A DNA stretch of 63,671 nucleotides, the filler included, from Basidiobolus ranarum (Eukaryota), in NCBI GenBank assembly GCA_040143965.1. It is 23 parts of 23 records of this genome, joined end to end, with 100 filler letters (N's around TTAATTAATTAA, not from the genome) between each part and the next. Parts side by side here need not be neighbours in the genome. Positions count along the whole stretch, not along the records: positions 36,122 to 38,792 come from JASJQH010009959.1; positions 38,893 to 41,562 come from JASJQH010009960.1; positions 41,663 to 44,330 come from JASJQH010009961.1; positions 44,431 to 47,097 come from JASJQH010009962.1; positions 47,198 to 49,863 come from JASJQH010009963.1; 18 more parts are not named here. One strand, given 5' to 3'. Under the pieces are notes generated by a model. It saw only the letters and a list, made by a program, of their open reading frames with translations. It did not search any database and had not been told where the DNA came from. Below are positions 36,811 to 48,910 of this stretch, piece by piece. The position numbers and the translations under genes are program-made. The number at the start of each line of letters is the position of its first letter. The stretch's first letter is position 1.

Positions 36811-38892
36811 ATTTATATTATTTGGAATACCTTAGTTACAAATACATTGCATTTTATACAACTTTTTAAATTTGTAGCACCTTTGTGCTGCACCAGCTAC
36901 ATAGCCCAAAATTTATTTTGATGACTATTTTGTTGTTTTGTATATAAATAAACATATATGGAGCTTAGTGCTAGTGATATGTCAATATTTGTAAAACATG
37001 AGTAGAAAGCTTTTATCAAAACTTTCAATATTTCTAGATTTGTAATATAATTATGATATATCCAATATTCACTTTCTTCTTTATTTATTTTGTAATCTTT
37101 GCAGAGTTCTTACAAATATTACTAATTCATAATGTTAATCAAGTTTCCTCATTACTCTCAATAATATATAAAGAATATTCTCTATAAGTAATTTGTGAAT
37201 TATTAGGCTAAAAAGTAGCCACTCTACTTATGGTAAAATTAAAACACTTAAAAGCTTTCAGAGTCTGAAGGAAAACATCTGCACTGTGGTTTCCCAGAGA
37301 CTTGTAAACTAATAAAAATTAAAAAAATATTCAATATATGAGAAATCTCTCTAAATTCATGAAAATTATGAAAGCTAGAATAGGCTATGTTATGATGTTG
37401 GAAACAGTGTCTCTTCTGCAGAGGTGTCAAAGGTCAGAGATGTGACCTTTGGAAAATTTGTGCAAGCCCAATTCTTCCCATATACTAGTGACTTGAGTAT
37501 ATTGTGACAGAAGGGTGTACATGGGGGATAGCATCCCCCAAAACCCCTGCTTTCTTTTCAAACTAGGAGGACTGCATCCCCCAGACCCCCTCTTTTCATC
37601 CTTACCCTCTCTTATCCTTACCAGAACATCTATAACCAAAGCATGCTTCTTGGATGATGAAGTAAGTCAAGCACTTGCTGATGATTACATTGGGTATAGC
37701 AACCACTAGATTCATGAATATGGAGATATCTGACATTGTAAATTTTATGGCTAATATGTGAATATATATAGTATATAGCGCTAGTAAATATTGATTTAGG
37801 TTACACATGGAAGTATATACTTGATCTGTTTTGTCACTAGTTACATATGTTTCCTTGAAGGTGTATCAAAACTTTTGTAGACTTAAGTTAACCCTAACCC
37901 TACGCATAGTATCATATCAGTAAAATTTCATACAAGTTTGCTACCTTGAGACATACATTACCACACTATTTAAATACATATGAACTTCTCTGATGCAGAT
38001 AATCATCTTAGGCATTATATATGCTACCAAGTTTGTTCAAGTAATGCACCATACCAACACTGACAGATGAAGTTTACAATACTTTATCAATAATCTAGGG
38101 TTAACAGTCAGTGAATTTGCGCACTGAGAAACACACTTGGTGGTACCGACAAATCTATTGCCTTTTTCTACAAGTTGTCAATTATTTCCATTTTCACTTG
38201 GTATACGTTGATTCTCAGGTAGGACCTAGAGTATCACAACAGGTTTGCTTAGATTAATGTAAATCGAAGTCGATAGTTAAATTCCATACTTCGACAATTC
38301 GAAAATAATCAATCCTTAACAATGTTGAATATGGCTAATTTTCGCCAATAGCTTACTGTTCCGCTAATGGACACGTCTATAATGGTACTTGCGTGATACA
38401 CCAAAAGCATACTTTGGCAAGTTAATGCTCCTCGTATATTGACAGTGGTTGTGCATTTGGTTGTATGAGGAAATGATTAAACTAAACCATCAAAAACACA
38501 ATAAACCATCAAAAACACAAATAGGCAATATAACAAAGGCGAAATGATTCAAATTGATTTAGATAAAATGACTTAATTATGCGGACTCGACTAGACCTAG
38601 GTCCGACAGCTCACTGCTTCAGTGGGGGGGCGCAATTCTAGACTGTGTTCCAAGACTCTCGGGGCTCACTACTTTGTTGACTGTAAGATGGCCAGAAGGA
38701 TCCACACGGTTTGTTCCATCATGTCTGATTGTATATAACCTTTGGATGAATTCATTTGAAGTTCATCATTCATAATGCACTTTGCTCTCCACNNNNNNNN
38801 NNNNNNNNNNNNNNNNNNNNNNNNNNNNNNNNNNNNTTAATTAATTAANNNNNNNNNNNNNNNNNNNNNNNNNNNNNNNNNNNNNNNNNNNN

Positions 38893-39450
38893 GAATTCTT
38901 TACGGAAATTTGCCAAAATCCAAGAGCTTATTCTCCTTGTGAACGGTAACAAGAGTCAGATATTTGCCAAGTGTCAGTGCTATTCAAAATTTCAGATGTT
39001 TAGTAGCTTTTCCACTATTAGTTTGCTGGTAAAGCATATTGATGTTGTTTAGTTATGTCTAATCAGTCAAATATATGCATATGTAGAGACTAAACACAAC
39101 AAGATTCTTGTATTTGTTGATTCTCATTATGGCTGGAATACAAGGCCTAAAATATCTAAATAAAGGCATGCATATTAATTTGAATTCCTACAGCAGTAAA
39201 CCTAGTAATTTGCCATTCAAAAATTATATTTTTGCAAAAAATTGCTGCATATTCAATAACGCATGCCTAATTTGAGGATCAATATTTTAACATGTATGAA
39301 TACCGTTAAGATACTGTCAAGAACCCGCCATCACATCATCAAAATCCCGGGCAGAATGCAAGCCAGCAATATTGTGACGGTTCTCTGATGGTTTTGCTAT
39401 TTTGGATGGTGGATCCAATCTGGATCAAATTGATTTTATTTTTGTTAGGG
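38893..39450 (+). mobile_element. CMC/EnSpm right arm with terminus
   Basis: Ends in GATTTTATTTTTGTTAGGG; homologous to 21420-21968. Confidence 0.85.
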
Positions 39451-41411
39451 CAACAGATTCAGCCCAAAAGTTATGAGATATATATTGTGCATCTATCATA
39501 GATCTTGCCATTTCTATTATAGTCCTGTTACCTCCTTCAGCAACTACATTTTGTTGAGGTGAATAGGGACAGTAGTTTCTTGCTTAATTCTGTGAACTTT
39601 GCAAAAGTGCTTAAATAGTGTTGAAGTATATTATCCACCATTATCAGTATGTATTTTCTTGATTTTAGTTCCAGTTTTAGTCTCCACAAGTGTTTCAAAA
39701 TCTCTAAAGATAGAGAGACCTTCTTCTTTTCTTTCCATAAAGTAGACCCAAGTGTATCTTGTATGATCATCAATAAATGTGATGAAATATCTTTTTCCAC
39801 CAAAATATAAATTTTGCATAGGTTGACACAAATCCAAATGAATTAAATCCAATTTTTTGACAGATTTGATTAGACCAGAGCTCTTGAACTGTTGCCTGAC
39901 TTGTTTTCCATATATACAACCCTTGCAAATTTCCATCTTGGTTGGGTGGTTAATTTGAATTCCGGAAATTAGGCAATTTTTGATCATTTTGCTTCAATAA
40001 TCAAATACAATATGGCCAAATCTCTTATGCCATAATTGAATAGTTTCTTGATTGGAATAACTTATATTTACACATACACCTCTTGGATTATATGTAAGTT
40101 TGTATACGTTCTGATCCTTTTCTCCTGAAGCTAAATAACTCCCATTTTGATCAGTGATGGTGCATCCTGACTTATCAAAATTGAATTTTAGCACTGCTGA
40201 GGTGGCCTTGCATACAGATATTAAATTCTTGGCAATATCTGGAACATGTAGTACATCCTTAAAAACATATACTTTCTATTCAGAGGCTCCAGTTGATTGA
40301 CTTGAATTGTTCCCATTCCAATAGCATACAATGTGCGGTCATCTCCCATGAAAACCTTTCTAATTTGGATTTCTTCATGTTCCACAAACCAATGTCTTTC
40401 ATTTGTGAAATGTTGGGAAGCTTCAGAATTAGTATACCATGTCTGAGAATCCTTGTTAGTAGTCATAGATAGAGCAGATATGAACAAGTGATCTTCTGTT
40501 GTAATCACATTTCCAGCTTCATTTTGTTTTTCTTCTTTTTCAATTCTTTTAAAGCAATCCTTGCTTAAATGGCCAGTTCTTTTACAGTTATCACAGAATG
40601 TGTTACTTTTCTTCTTAAAGTGCTTTTGACTTTTATAGGAAGGTTTCCCATAGCCTATTGAAGCATCTTCTTCATTCTTTTGGTTGAATTGTAATTAGCA
40701 TAAATCTTCATCCAAAAGTCTGCCATATACATAATTTAAGGTCAAATTTTCAGTTCTTGATTCTAGAGTCTTTACTAGGCTTTGAAACCTGTGTGGCCAG
40801 CTATTCAGCACTGTAACTATGATATTGTGATTAGTAGTAGGTACTCCAAGGCATTCCATTTTATCCACTAAAATAATGACTCTATTACTTAATGATTTGA
40901 TCTCTTCACCTGGCTTCATCTTTAAGTTAAAGAATTATCTTCTTAGAAACATCTTGTTGGCAGCAGAACTTGTTTGGTAGGTGTCTTCCAAGGCTTTCCT
41001 TACCTTCTTGGCAGTTTTATTACTTGAAAATTGCATTAGCAATTTGTCTTTAACATTAAGGCAAATTGTGTTAAAGGCACTTTGTTCTTTTTTAAACAGG
41101 AGTAAAACATTGGTTTCAGATAGTTTTGCATTGTTTTCTTCTCCTACAACAGTGTCCCAAAGTCCTTTTTCTTGCAGCAGCATTTTCATTTCAATTTTCC
41201 AAACTTGATAATTGGTTCCATCCAATTCTTCAGAAGAGGGAAAAGTTCCATGAGTTTGAGGATTAGACATTACAGAGAGTGCAAGCTTGGGGCTCATAAC
41301 CTGTTCAAGGATTTGGGAGCCTGTTGGGAGTGGTTGGGCAAATAAGAGGAATTGGTGGTGTTTGCTTATTGATTTATTGAGTAGATAATTGACATTTATA
41401 GTTTTCAAGAT
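39451..41411 (-). mobile_element. Copia family C: partial LTR, PBS, gag, protease, GAG-pre-integrase, integrase
   Basis: AACA|GGTTATGAGCCCC; WYTNSEASQHFT; LWHKRFGH; C..C..GKQ; LDLIHLDLC; ITFIDDHTRY; IHTDNGG. Confidence 0.9.
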
Positions 41412-41662
41412 TGTTGGAGGATCTTGACATAATGGGGGTAGAATTTGAGTATTTAGAAGCAACTTATGATAGTGTGTTTTAGTTAGTTTATTCTCAAGAG
41501 TATATGGTGACTTATATAGTAGAAAAGTAAATCAATTGTTTGAGATATTCAGGAGTTTGTGTNNNNNNNNNNNNNNNNNNNNNNNNNNNNNNNNNNNNNN
41601 NNNNNNTTAATTAATTAANNNNNNNNNNNNNNNNNNNNNNNNNNNNNNNNNNNNNNNNNNNN

Positions 41663-41812
41663 CTGATTTACTTTACTAGTCAGTATAACAATATTACTGT
41701 CAACCCTGACCGTCGGAAGACCGTTATAGTGAGATCACCGACTGATGAAGAGGCAGTGATTATCCCGAATCGAAATATTCTGGTGTATCCCAACTATTTT
41801 GAAATGCACTCT
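41663..41812 (+). repeat. 150-nt exact terminal direct repeat of the contig (identical to 44181-44330)
   Basis: Base-by-base identity from CTGATTTACTTTACTAGT to GAAATGCACTCT. Confidence 0.97.
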
Positions 41813-42202
41813 GAACAGGCGTATTACCCCACTACCCCTGAACGCAAAAATGGACTGAGCAAAGAAAGTGGCACCTACACCATTAAGATTCAAGGGTCTA
41901 ATATCAAAGTAAAACTTCGGGCTTTAATTGCCGGAAGTTCGCAAGGTGGTGCTCTTTCCTCTACTCTTACGTTATCTACTAGTACCAATTCCGAGCTGCT
42001 CCCTGCTTCAGATATGCGCAAGTGGACTTTGCTCAAGACACTTTGTGATGCTGGTAAAGGTAACAACATCAGATCGCTAATTTATGTTGAATTGGATGAT
42101 ACCTTGGATCTTGGGGAGGCTTCAGAAATGAGCATGACGCTTAAGGCTAACTGGATGACCTTATATCTTTACCATCTGGAGATTATCCCAGTTGATGAGT
42201 GA
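41663..42202 (+). CDS. C-terminal part of Cry-like protein (domain III-like beta-sandwich); continues ORF 43548-44330 in frame
   Basis: IKVKLRALIAG resembles Cry block 4 (YRVRIRYAS). The terminal LYLYHLEIIPV resembles block 5 (VYIDRIEFIPV). Confidence 0.7.
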   Translation: MIYFTSQYNNITVNPDRRKTVIVRSPTDEEAVIIPNRNILVYPNYFEMHSEQAYYPTTPERKNGLSKESGTYTIKIQGSNIKVKLRALIAGSSQGGALSSTLTLSTSTNSELLPASDMRKWTLLKTLCDAGKGNNIRSLIYVELDDTLDLGEASEMSMTLKANWMTLYLYHLEIIPVDE

Positions 42203-43494
42203 GGGCATACTCCTGTTGATGAGTGAAGCTGACACACATTCCACTTTTGTAGCAAATATCAAGTAACCAATAAACCAAGGTCAGTTTAAATAATCCAAGT
42301 ATAGGATAGAGAATTAGATAGTGGACTATTAAAAACAAAGTCCAAAAGCTGGCTCTCATCACTTAAGATGCCTATTTAATTGAAGATAAGTCAACTAGTG
42401 ATCTTGATGTTATTATACTTGTTGTTATTATATCGAATTCCTTGATTTGAGACCAGATCAACGTTACAAAATCTAGATTGCTGATTGGGAGGTAACTTAG
42501 TTTTGTAAGATATGCTATAGAATAATGACTTACATGTAATGAAGTATGTAGTTACAGAGATAGTCATAGCTGTGAGATGTATGCGATGTTCATTTAGGTC
42601 AAAACTTAATGTATTCTCTTTGACAATTGCTTATTGAAAAACCGGTGTAACTTTGTTTGTATTTGATACTTTATTGAACATGGATGAGAATTAAAAATTA
42701 AGCTTATCAAATTTGGTTAGAATTGTTTAGTTAAAGTCTTGGAAGTTTTCCTTTATGATTGTTAGTTCCAATTGGTTTAATCAGAGTAACCTATCAGGAG
42801 CGTCTGTGTGCAACCTGTTATTGAAACTATGTAGGATGCCAGTATTAATGTATACACTTTCTCTGCTGATACTCACTTCCAGAGATTGCGCTAAGTTTAA
42901 CACACTTGGTGAACGTTACATGCTTACAATCTGCCCTGAACCCTTGTTTATTATTATTAATTCTGCCTATGGTGACTACTTTGTGCTGGTTCATAACACT
43001 TGGTGATCTCTTGGTTCTTTCCTTAGCTAACCACATTTTAGATCATGAAAACTCTCCTCTAGAGGCCTATCATGACTACATGACAGAGTTTTGGAAAGAA
43101 TAGTTAAAAAATAACATTATTCAAATTGTTGATCAAACTCAATTCATGATGCTTTCATGTTGCTTTGGACTTTTTATGAGCAAGCATTACATCGCAGTGG
43201 TGCGCCCCCCCCCACAGTGTAACTAGACAACTGGTAGGCGTGGAAATACAACGCAACAAAATGGAGATCGTAATATTTTCTTAGTCCTGGGACCCACTTG
43301 TTGCCAAGCCACCTATATTTACTTGAAATTAGTAGTTGATCTGAACAGAATATTTTGAACACGTTTTATGCACCTAGCAACAAACTGTTGAGTGAACTAA
43401 TCCAGTTTATAAGACATAGTGTACTATTCTAAATGAGCCTATATGGTTTCAATACCCATTGAGTCGAACTCTGACGCAAGCAGCCTGTGAATGC

Positions 43495-43501
43495 TATAAA
43501 A
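43495..43501 (+). promoter_or_regulatory. TATA-like box upstream of the Cry-like gene
   Basis: TATAAAA about 50 nt before ATG 43548, with A at -3. AATAAA lies at 42269-42274, after the stop codon. Confidence 0.45.
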
Positions 43502-43547
43502 CTCGAGATAGTGGCAAGAAAATAGCATTATCCTTCGTCTTAACATC

Positions 43548-44330
43548 ATGCCTGTCACCAACGAGAACCTGATTGATTTTGTCTGCACCGGTTACTCTCT
43601 AATTCCATTGGTTGGTAGTTCTACTGGACCAGCAGTTGCTTTTTTTCTTAAGGAAGCGTTCGGCATGAATCAATCACAGAGTGCTCCGGACATGATGATT
43701 AGCTTTATCAGCGAATACAGTCTGAATGATGCTAAAGGTCAAGTTAAAGCTTTAAAAGCTAATGCTAACTCATTGCTGGACGCTCTGAATAACTGGCAAA
43801 AGACCCAAACTTCAGAGGCGGCACAAGAGGTAAGAAGTCGTAATGGATATGCCATATCCGAAGCACGTAGTCTTCTGGAGGTGTTGTCATCTCCGATAGA
43901 GTCTCAGAAGGCCGCGGTTCAAATTCCTATGGTTACCTGTGCATTCATGTATCTAACCATGCTGGCTGACACTATTCAGAATGGTGACGACTGGGGATAT
44001 GAGCCAGACCTTTTGAAATCATACGAGGCCGAAATGTATCGATATGCTGACAAAGTATTTGAATACGTAGCTTGGAATTACGCAAAGTCGGGCTACGAAT
44101 ATAACCCTAAGAGGTGGCCAAAGTGTGGTGACATTGACTTCGATCGTTACAACGCTTCTGCAGATGCAATGCAACGGAGTCTGATTTACTTTACTAGTCA
44201 GTATAACAATATTACTGTCAACCCTGACCGTCGGAAGACCGTTATAGTGAGATCACCGACTGATGAAGAGGCAGTGATTATCCCGAATCGAAATATTCTG
44301 GTGTATCCCAACTATTTTGAAATGCACTCT
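43548..44330 (+). CDS. Cry delta-endotoxin domain I-like (Endotoxin_N) protein, N-terminal 261 aa of a 390-aa intronless ORF
   Basis: N-terminal hairpin SLIPLVG..GPAVAFFLKEAFG; ALNNWQK...AAQEVRSR; block-1-like IPMVTCAFMYLTMLADTIQNGDDWGY; helix 6/7-like YVAWNYAKSG and FDRYNASADAM. Confidence 0.75.
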
Positions 44331-44529
44331 NNNNNNNNNNNNNNNNNNNNNNNNNNNNNNNNNNNNNNNNNNNNTTAATTAATTAANNNNNNNNNNNNNN
44401 NNNNNNNNNNNNNNNNNNNNNNNNNNNNNNCAAGTATACTTATCGGTTACTTAACTAAAGATATGTTTATTGGTTTAGGTTCTCATTTATTTAGTCATAG
44501 TTTATTCACTCATCCTAACCATTTAAGTG

Positions 44530-47097
44530 TTATTACAGGAAAACTATCCCAATTTTAAAATATTTTGGATTGACCATTTTCTTACCATCATAAAATCATC
44601 AAGTTAGATTTGATTTTAATCAATTTTTTCAGTTTCAGGAGTGAAATCCAAAGATCTTGCAAAATAGTTGCACACAATTGGCTACAATCTCCAAGACTGA
44701 TGGATCAACACATGACCAAAAAACATAACTAAAATTTTACACATTTACTACTTGAAAGCAAATTTGTCATCTTTGAAATCCCCAGTTTCTTTGATACATT
44801 CTCCTGAATATTTTTATTCAGTTCTTCATACCCAAGGCTTAGCTCATATCCAACACAAGTTTGTATCACTATCTCCATCAATGCCCACCATTATATTAAT
44901 GTTGCTGAGTCAACACTCTTCCAGCTATCTGGCATATACCCTGCAATTATTTGCCACTCTGCATCAAGTTCTTTCCAAATATCTGGATGGTCAACACCAG
45001 ACTGGATGTCAAGTTAAATGTTCTTCTACTGAAGCCACTCTCTGCAAACTTGCACTGCATTTTTCCTTTCATAGTTTTGAAGTTACTCCTCAAGCACTTT
45101 AACTATTTTTATACATCCTTGTAGTGTGACACTACTGAGGGTGCTTTGCAGTGTTTGTGTGGCTTTTTGCTTGCTGTTAAGTTTTGGGCTAATTTCAACA
45201 CTTTGAAAAGTACCAGTTGATGTTGGAGAGCTGTGAATTTTATTTGCTGGTGTTTTGGCATGTTGAGATATGCCAGGTATTAGATAAACTTCCAAATTTA
45301 TCACTCTTCCAACTGGTGTACCTGGTTCCATGGTGGAATTAAGCTTTTTTGCCAGTATATCTAACTTGGGAAATACAAATCTTTGTAATGATGTGAGGAA
45401 TTTGGTAAGTGGGACAGTAGATTCTAAACTCAATGCCTCCTTTACTTTTCCCTTGGGCTTACTAACTTCCAGCTCCTTGAATACTTCTTTAGCTACTTCT
45501 CTTTCCTTCTCAAGTCAATGATTGCATACATTTTTGAGATATCTCATGAATATTCCTATGCTTGTCCAATTGCCATTTACTTCCAAAACCCAGGATAAGC
45601 CACATGAAATAAGTTAAGAACCTTCAGAGTAACACTTGGTTTTTGGTTTTTCCACAATTGGCTCAAATTGAGGTGATCTTAGGCAAGATTCTGCACAGTT
45701 TCCAAAATGGTAAACCACTCATGATTGGGGCAAGTGATGGCAGCTGTGACATTCAGAGTCTTTTGATTTACCAGTTTTCCTATGAGATATCTACTTTCAT
45801 GTGCCTAAGCAATTTTGGGTTGTTGTATAGGCTTAATGGTCCAACACATATTCTGCTCTGCAAGATTATCATGGTGATGTTCATATGTATGGTGTGGAAA
45901 CAATTGAAATCCCATATGAGAATGGATGGAGGGGGCAGCATGTTGCTGTAGCTCCCTTAACAGAAATTTGAGGATTGTTACTGTAGGAAAACCATCACAA
46001 TTTTAGTCCATTTTGGATTGACCTTTTACTTACTGTCAAAGCCCAGGATAAGCCACATGAGATAAATCAATAACCTTCAAAGTAACACCTGGTTTTTGTT
46101 TTTCAACAATTAGCTCAAGTCAAGGTGATATCAGGCAAGATTCTGCACAGTTTCAAAAGTGTTAAACTGCTCATCATTGGAGCAAGTTATGGCAGCTCTG
46201 ACATTTGGAGTCTTTAGGTTTGCAGTTTTGTTATGAGATTTCTACTTTCATGTGCCCAAGCAACTTTGGATCATTGCGTATGCTTTATGGTCAGACACAT
46301 ATTCTGCTCTGCTAGATTGTCACAGTGATATTCATATGTAAGGTGTACAATTGATTGAAATCCTATATGAGAAAGCACATAGGGATAAGCATGTTGTTGA
46401 AGCTCAAGTATAGCAATTGGAAGGTCTTGAATCATTATTGAGTGACTCTTTAACTGTTGACCACTTGCATCAGAACTCTGCATTAATTGCAATATTGCAT
46501 CATTATTGCTTGCCATGGCCTATATGGCAACTCTGCAGTTTTTACTTATGATACCATACAAATCATTATGGTGTTCTGCTTGTGATTCCCTTGTTGTAAT
46601 AATTCTATCCAGATTTTCTATGGAGGGTTGTTCAATAGTGCGCAAAGTAGCCATTTTGGAAGTAGATGGTCTTGATGGTGTTTCTGTTGAACTTTGCTCA
46701 ACTATTGATTTACTGCATAATTGGGGGATTATGATCTTTTCACTTGCACTATTGCTGGAAAGGAACAAATCTGGTAAATTGATTAATGCTTCATCATTAC
46801 TTGAGTTTGTTTCTAGCATGTCAATATCTTCTAAAGTGGATAGTGGGTTGCTAGAATGCTGATCAATTCAGTCCTCTGTTGTTGCTGGTGTTTTTCCCTT
46901 TGTGCCAGCAGGCTTTTGCTTGGAAGCCAATTTTGATTTTGATTTTGAACACTTTTTAAATGGCATTGAAATTTTCAGATGGTAAGCATGGTATGATGAA
47001 GTTGCTTAGAAACAGCTTATAACAAGCCAAAATTGCCATCCATTACCAGAAATATCTTGCAACCCCCCTGATGACTCATCTGTGGCACTGTCTCATA
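44530..47097 (-). mobile_element. CMC/EnSpm ORF2 arm, two copies (second terminus at 45954 lies inside the first copy)
   Basis: Duplicated ORF2 segments; CCCTTAACAGAAATTTGAGG at 45954. Confidence 0.8.
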
Positions 47098-48910
47098 NNN
47101 NNNNNNNNNNNNNNNNNNNNNNNNNNNNNNNNNNNNNNNNNTTAATTAATTAANNNNNNNNNNNNNNNNNNNNNNNNNNNNNNNNNNNNNNNNNNNNAAT
47201 TACTCTAAATTCAAACAAGCATATACTATTCTTGAAGATCCAAAATTAACTAAATTGGAAAGAAATAGTTTAATTGAAACATTATTATTAATTGGGAAGC
47301 AACCTACTTTGAGTAGGTGATTTTAGGGAAAGTCTTTTAAAAAAATCCTATCGACTAGAGGGGTTTATAACTTGTAATAAGGGAGACTAAAAAAGATCAG
47401 CTGTATCCAAGGGACAGATAATTGTTCTTTATGCGGTTGAATAAAAATTTGATTGAAAATACAAGTGATAGAGAGTATCACCAAAAAGTAATTAGATACT
47501 TGAAGAGTTGATAATCATATTTGAAACGACATCAAAAATGAGATCTTTCATTTTTCTACTGATATGTACATGAACACTACGTTAGATTATCTATATCTTA
47601 GATTGGTTGTGACTTTTACAAACATCAATTTCTGCTTTACCAGTCACCATCGATGAGTACAGCTCAAGGTGGTATTTTAAATTGTATCCTAATCTGTCTC
47701 TAACCCTACCCCTTCCTACCCTATTCTCATTGAGATACCACTCTGAGGTTATTCCGGCATAGTTGAACATGTTCAATTTGCTTACTACCAGCATATCTGG
47801 ACTAAAGCGGCTACTTATGATGCTATTTTAGAACAACATTTGCAATTCTCATGCCATCAACATCTATCAGATGTATAGAAGATAAAATCTCCAACTACTG
47901 AAGCCCTGTTGATAAGCTTCACTACATTCATTTTGCAGTAGAGGATATGTCCCGAATAATCCTCAGTTCTGACTATCCCTATTTTTTCATTCCATGATAC
48001 TTTGAGCAGCAATGTTAATTGTTAGGGTCCAAGTCTGTACCATCGCTACAGGTTTACCATTACATAGGTACGAGCTTGACAACCATGAGCAGTACTACAT
48101 CACATGAATATGATTCATCATGGAGGATATCAAATCGGGAGTATTGAAAAGATGTAATGTTTGAATGCACAACTCCAAATCCTGACTGGATTACACCTTC
48201 ATGGGCACATTTGGAATCTTTAAATCCGATATAATTATCCATCATACGTTTACTGGGGGCCAAGAAGTAGGTATATGTTAACATGAAATGAAGAAATGCC
48301 AGCAGGAATACTCAATTAGTACCGAAGAAGAAAAGATTGAACCCATATAAGAATCTACGGAACGCAAACGTGTTGATTTAATTAGTATGATACTATGATA
48401 CAAGGGAGGGGAGGGGAATGGAGGGAGTTCAAGTGGGCATGAATAGGATGAACTGTTTGGTAGCCTGTTGGTAATGGAATCCTATTATGCGAAGTGTTTT
48501 TCTAACGGTATTAAACAAAACAAGTCGCTTTTGCTTTCTTGATCTGAGTGACGATCAGACGGGGAATTAAGGTGATTCGAACACGGTTGACGCGGCGAAG
48601 TAGTAAAAGCTCTAAGGAGAAAGGTTGCAAATGAGATGATGCGAACAAAATGATAACTAGATAGCGAGAACATTAAGAGAGATGAGGGCTGGAAGAGTGA
48701 GTAAGCGATATTCAGAAAGGAAAATTAAATCTTCCGTAGATAATACAAGTAAGAGATTAATGATAAAGTTAGCGTGTAAAAATACTTGGAGAGTATCATC
48801 TCCCTTCCCCAATTAGCTGTTAAAAAGCGGGAATAATTTGGTCAAGAACTGGTTGTAGGTCCTTTAAAAGAGATTGGTTACTGCAAATCGGAATAGACAG
48901 TGTACTTGAA

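Noticed and set aside
37888-37902. TAACCCTAACCCTA telomere-like repeat, plus scattered TTAGGG
   Set aside because: Only about two units and internal to the contig; several of the other hits are the transposon terminus.
42755-43362. Short ORFs in the toxin-unit spacer as possible partner or immunity genes
   Set aside because: 62-83 aa, overlapping on both strands, with no recognisable motifs.
41663-44330. Small bacterial plasmid or circular virus carrying a cry gene
   Set aside because: No Rep, relaxase or capsid ORF and no ribosome-binding site, while TATA and poly(A)-like signals are present. A tandem array is more parsimonious, though a circle is not excluded.
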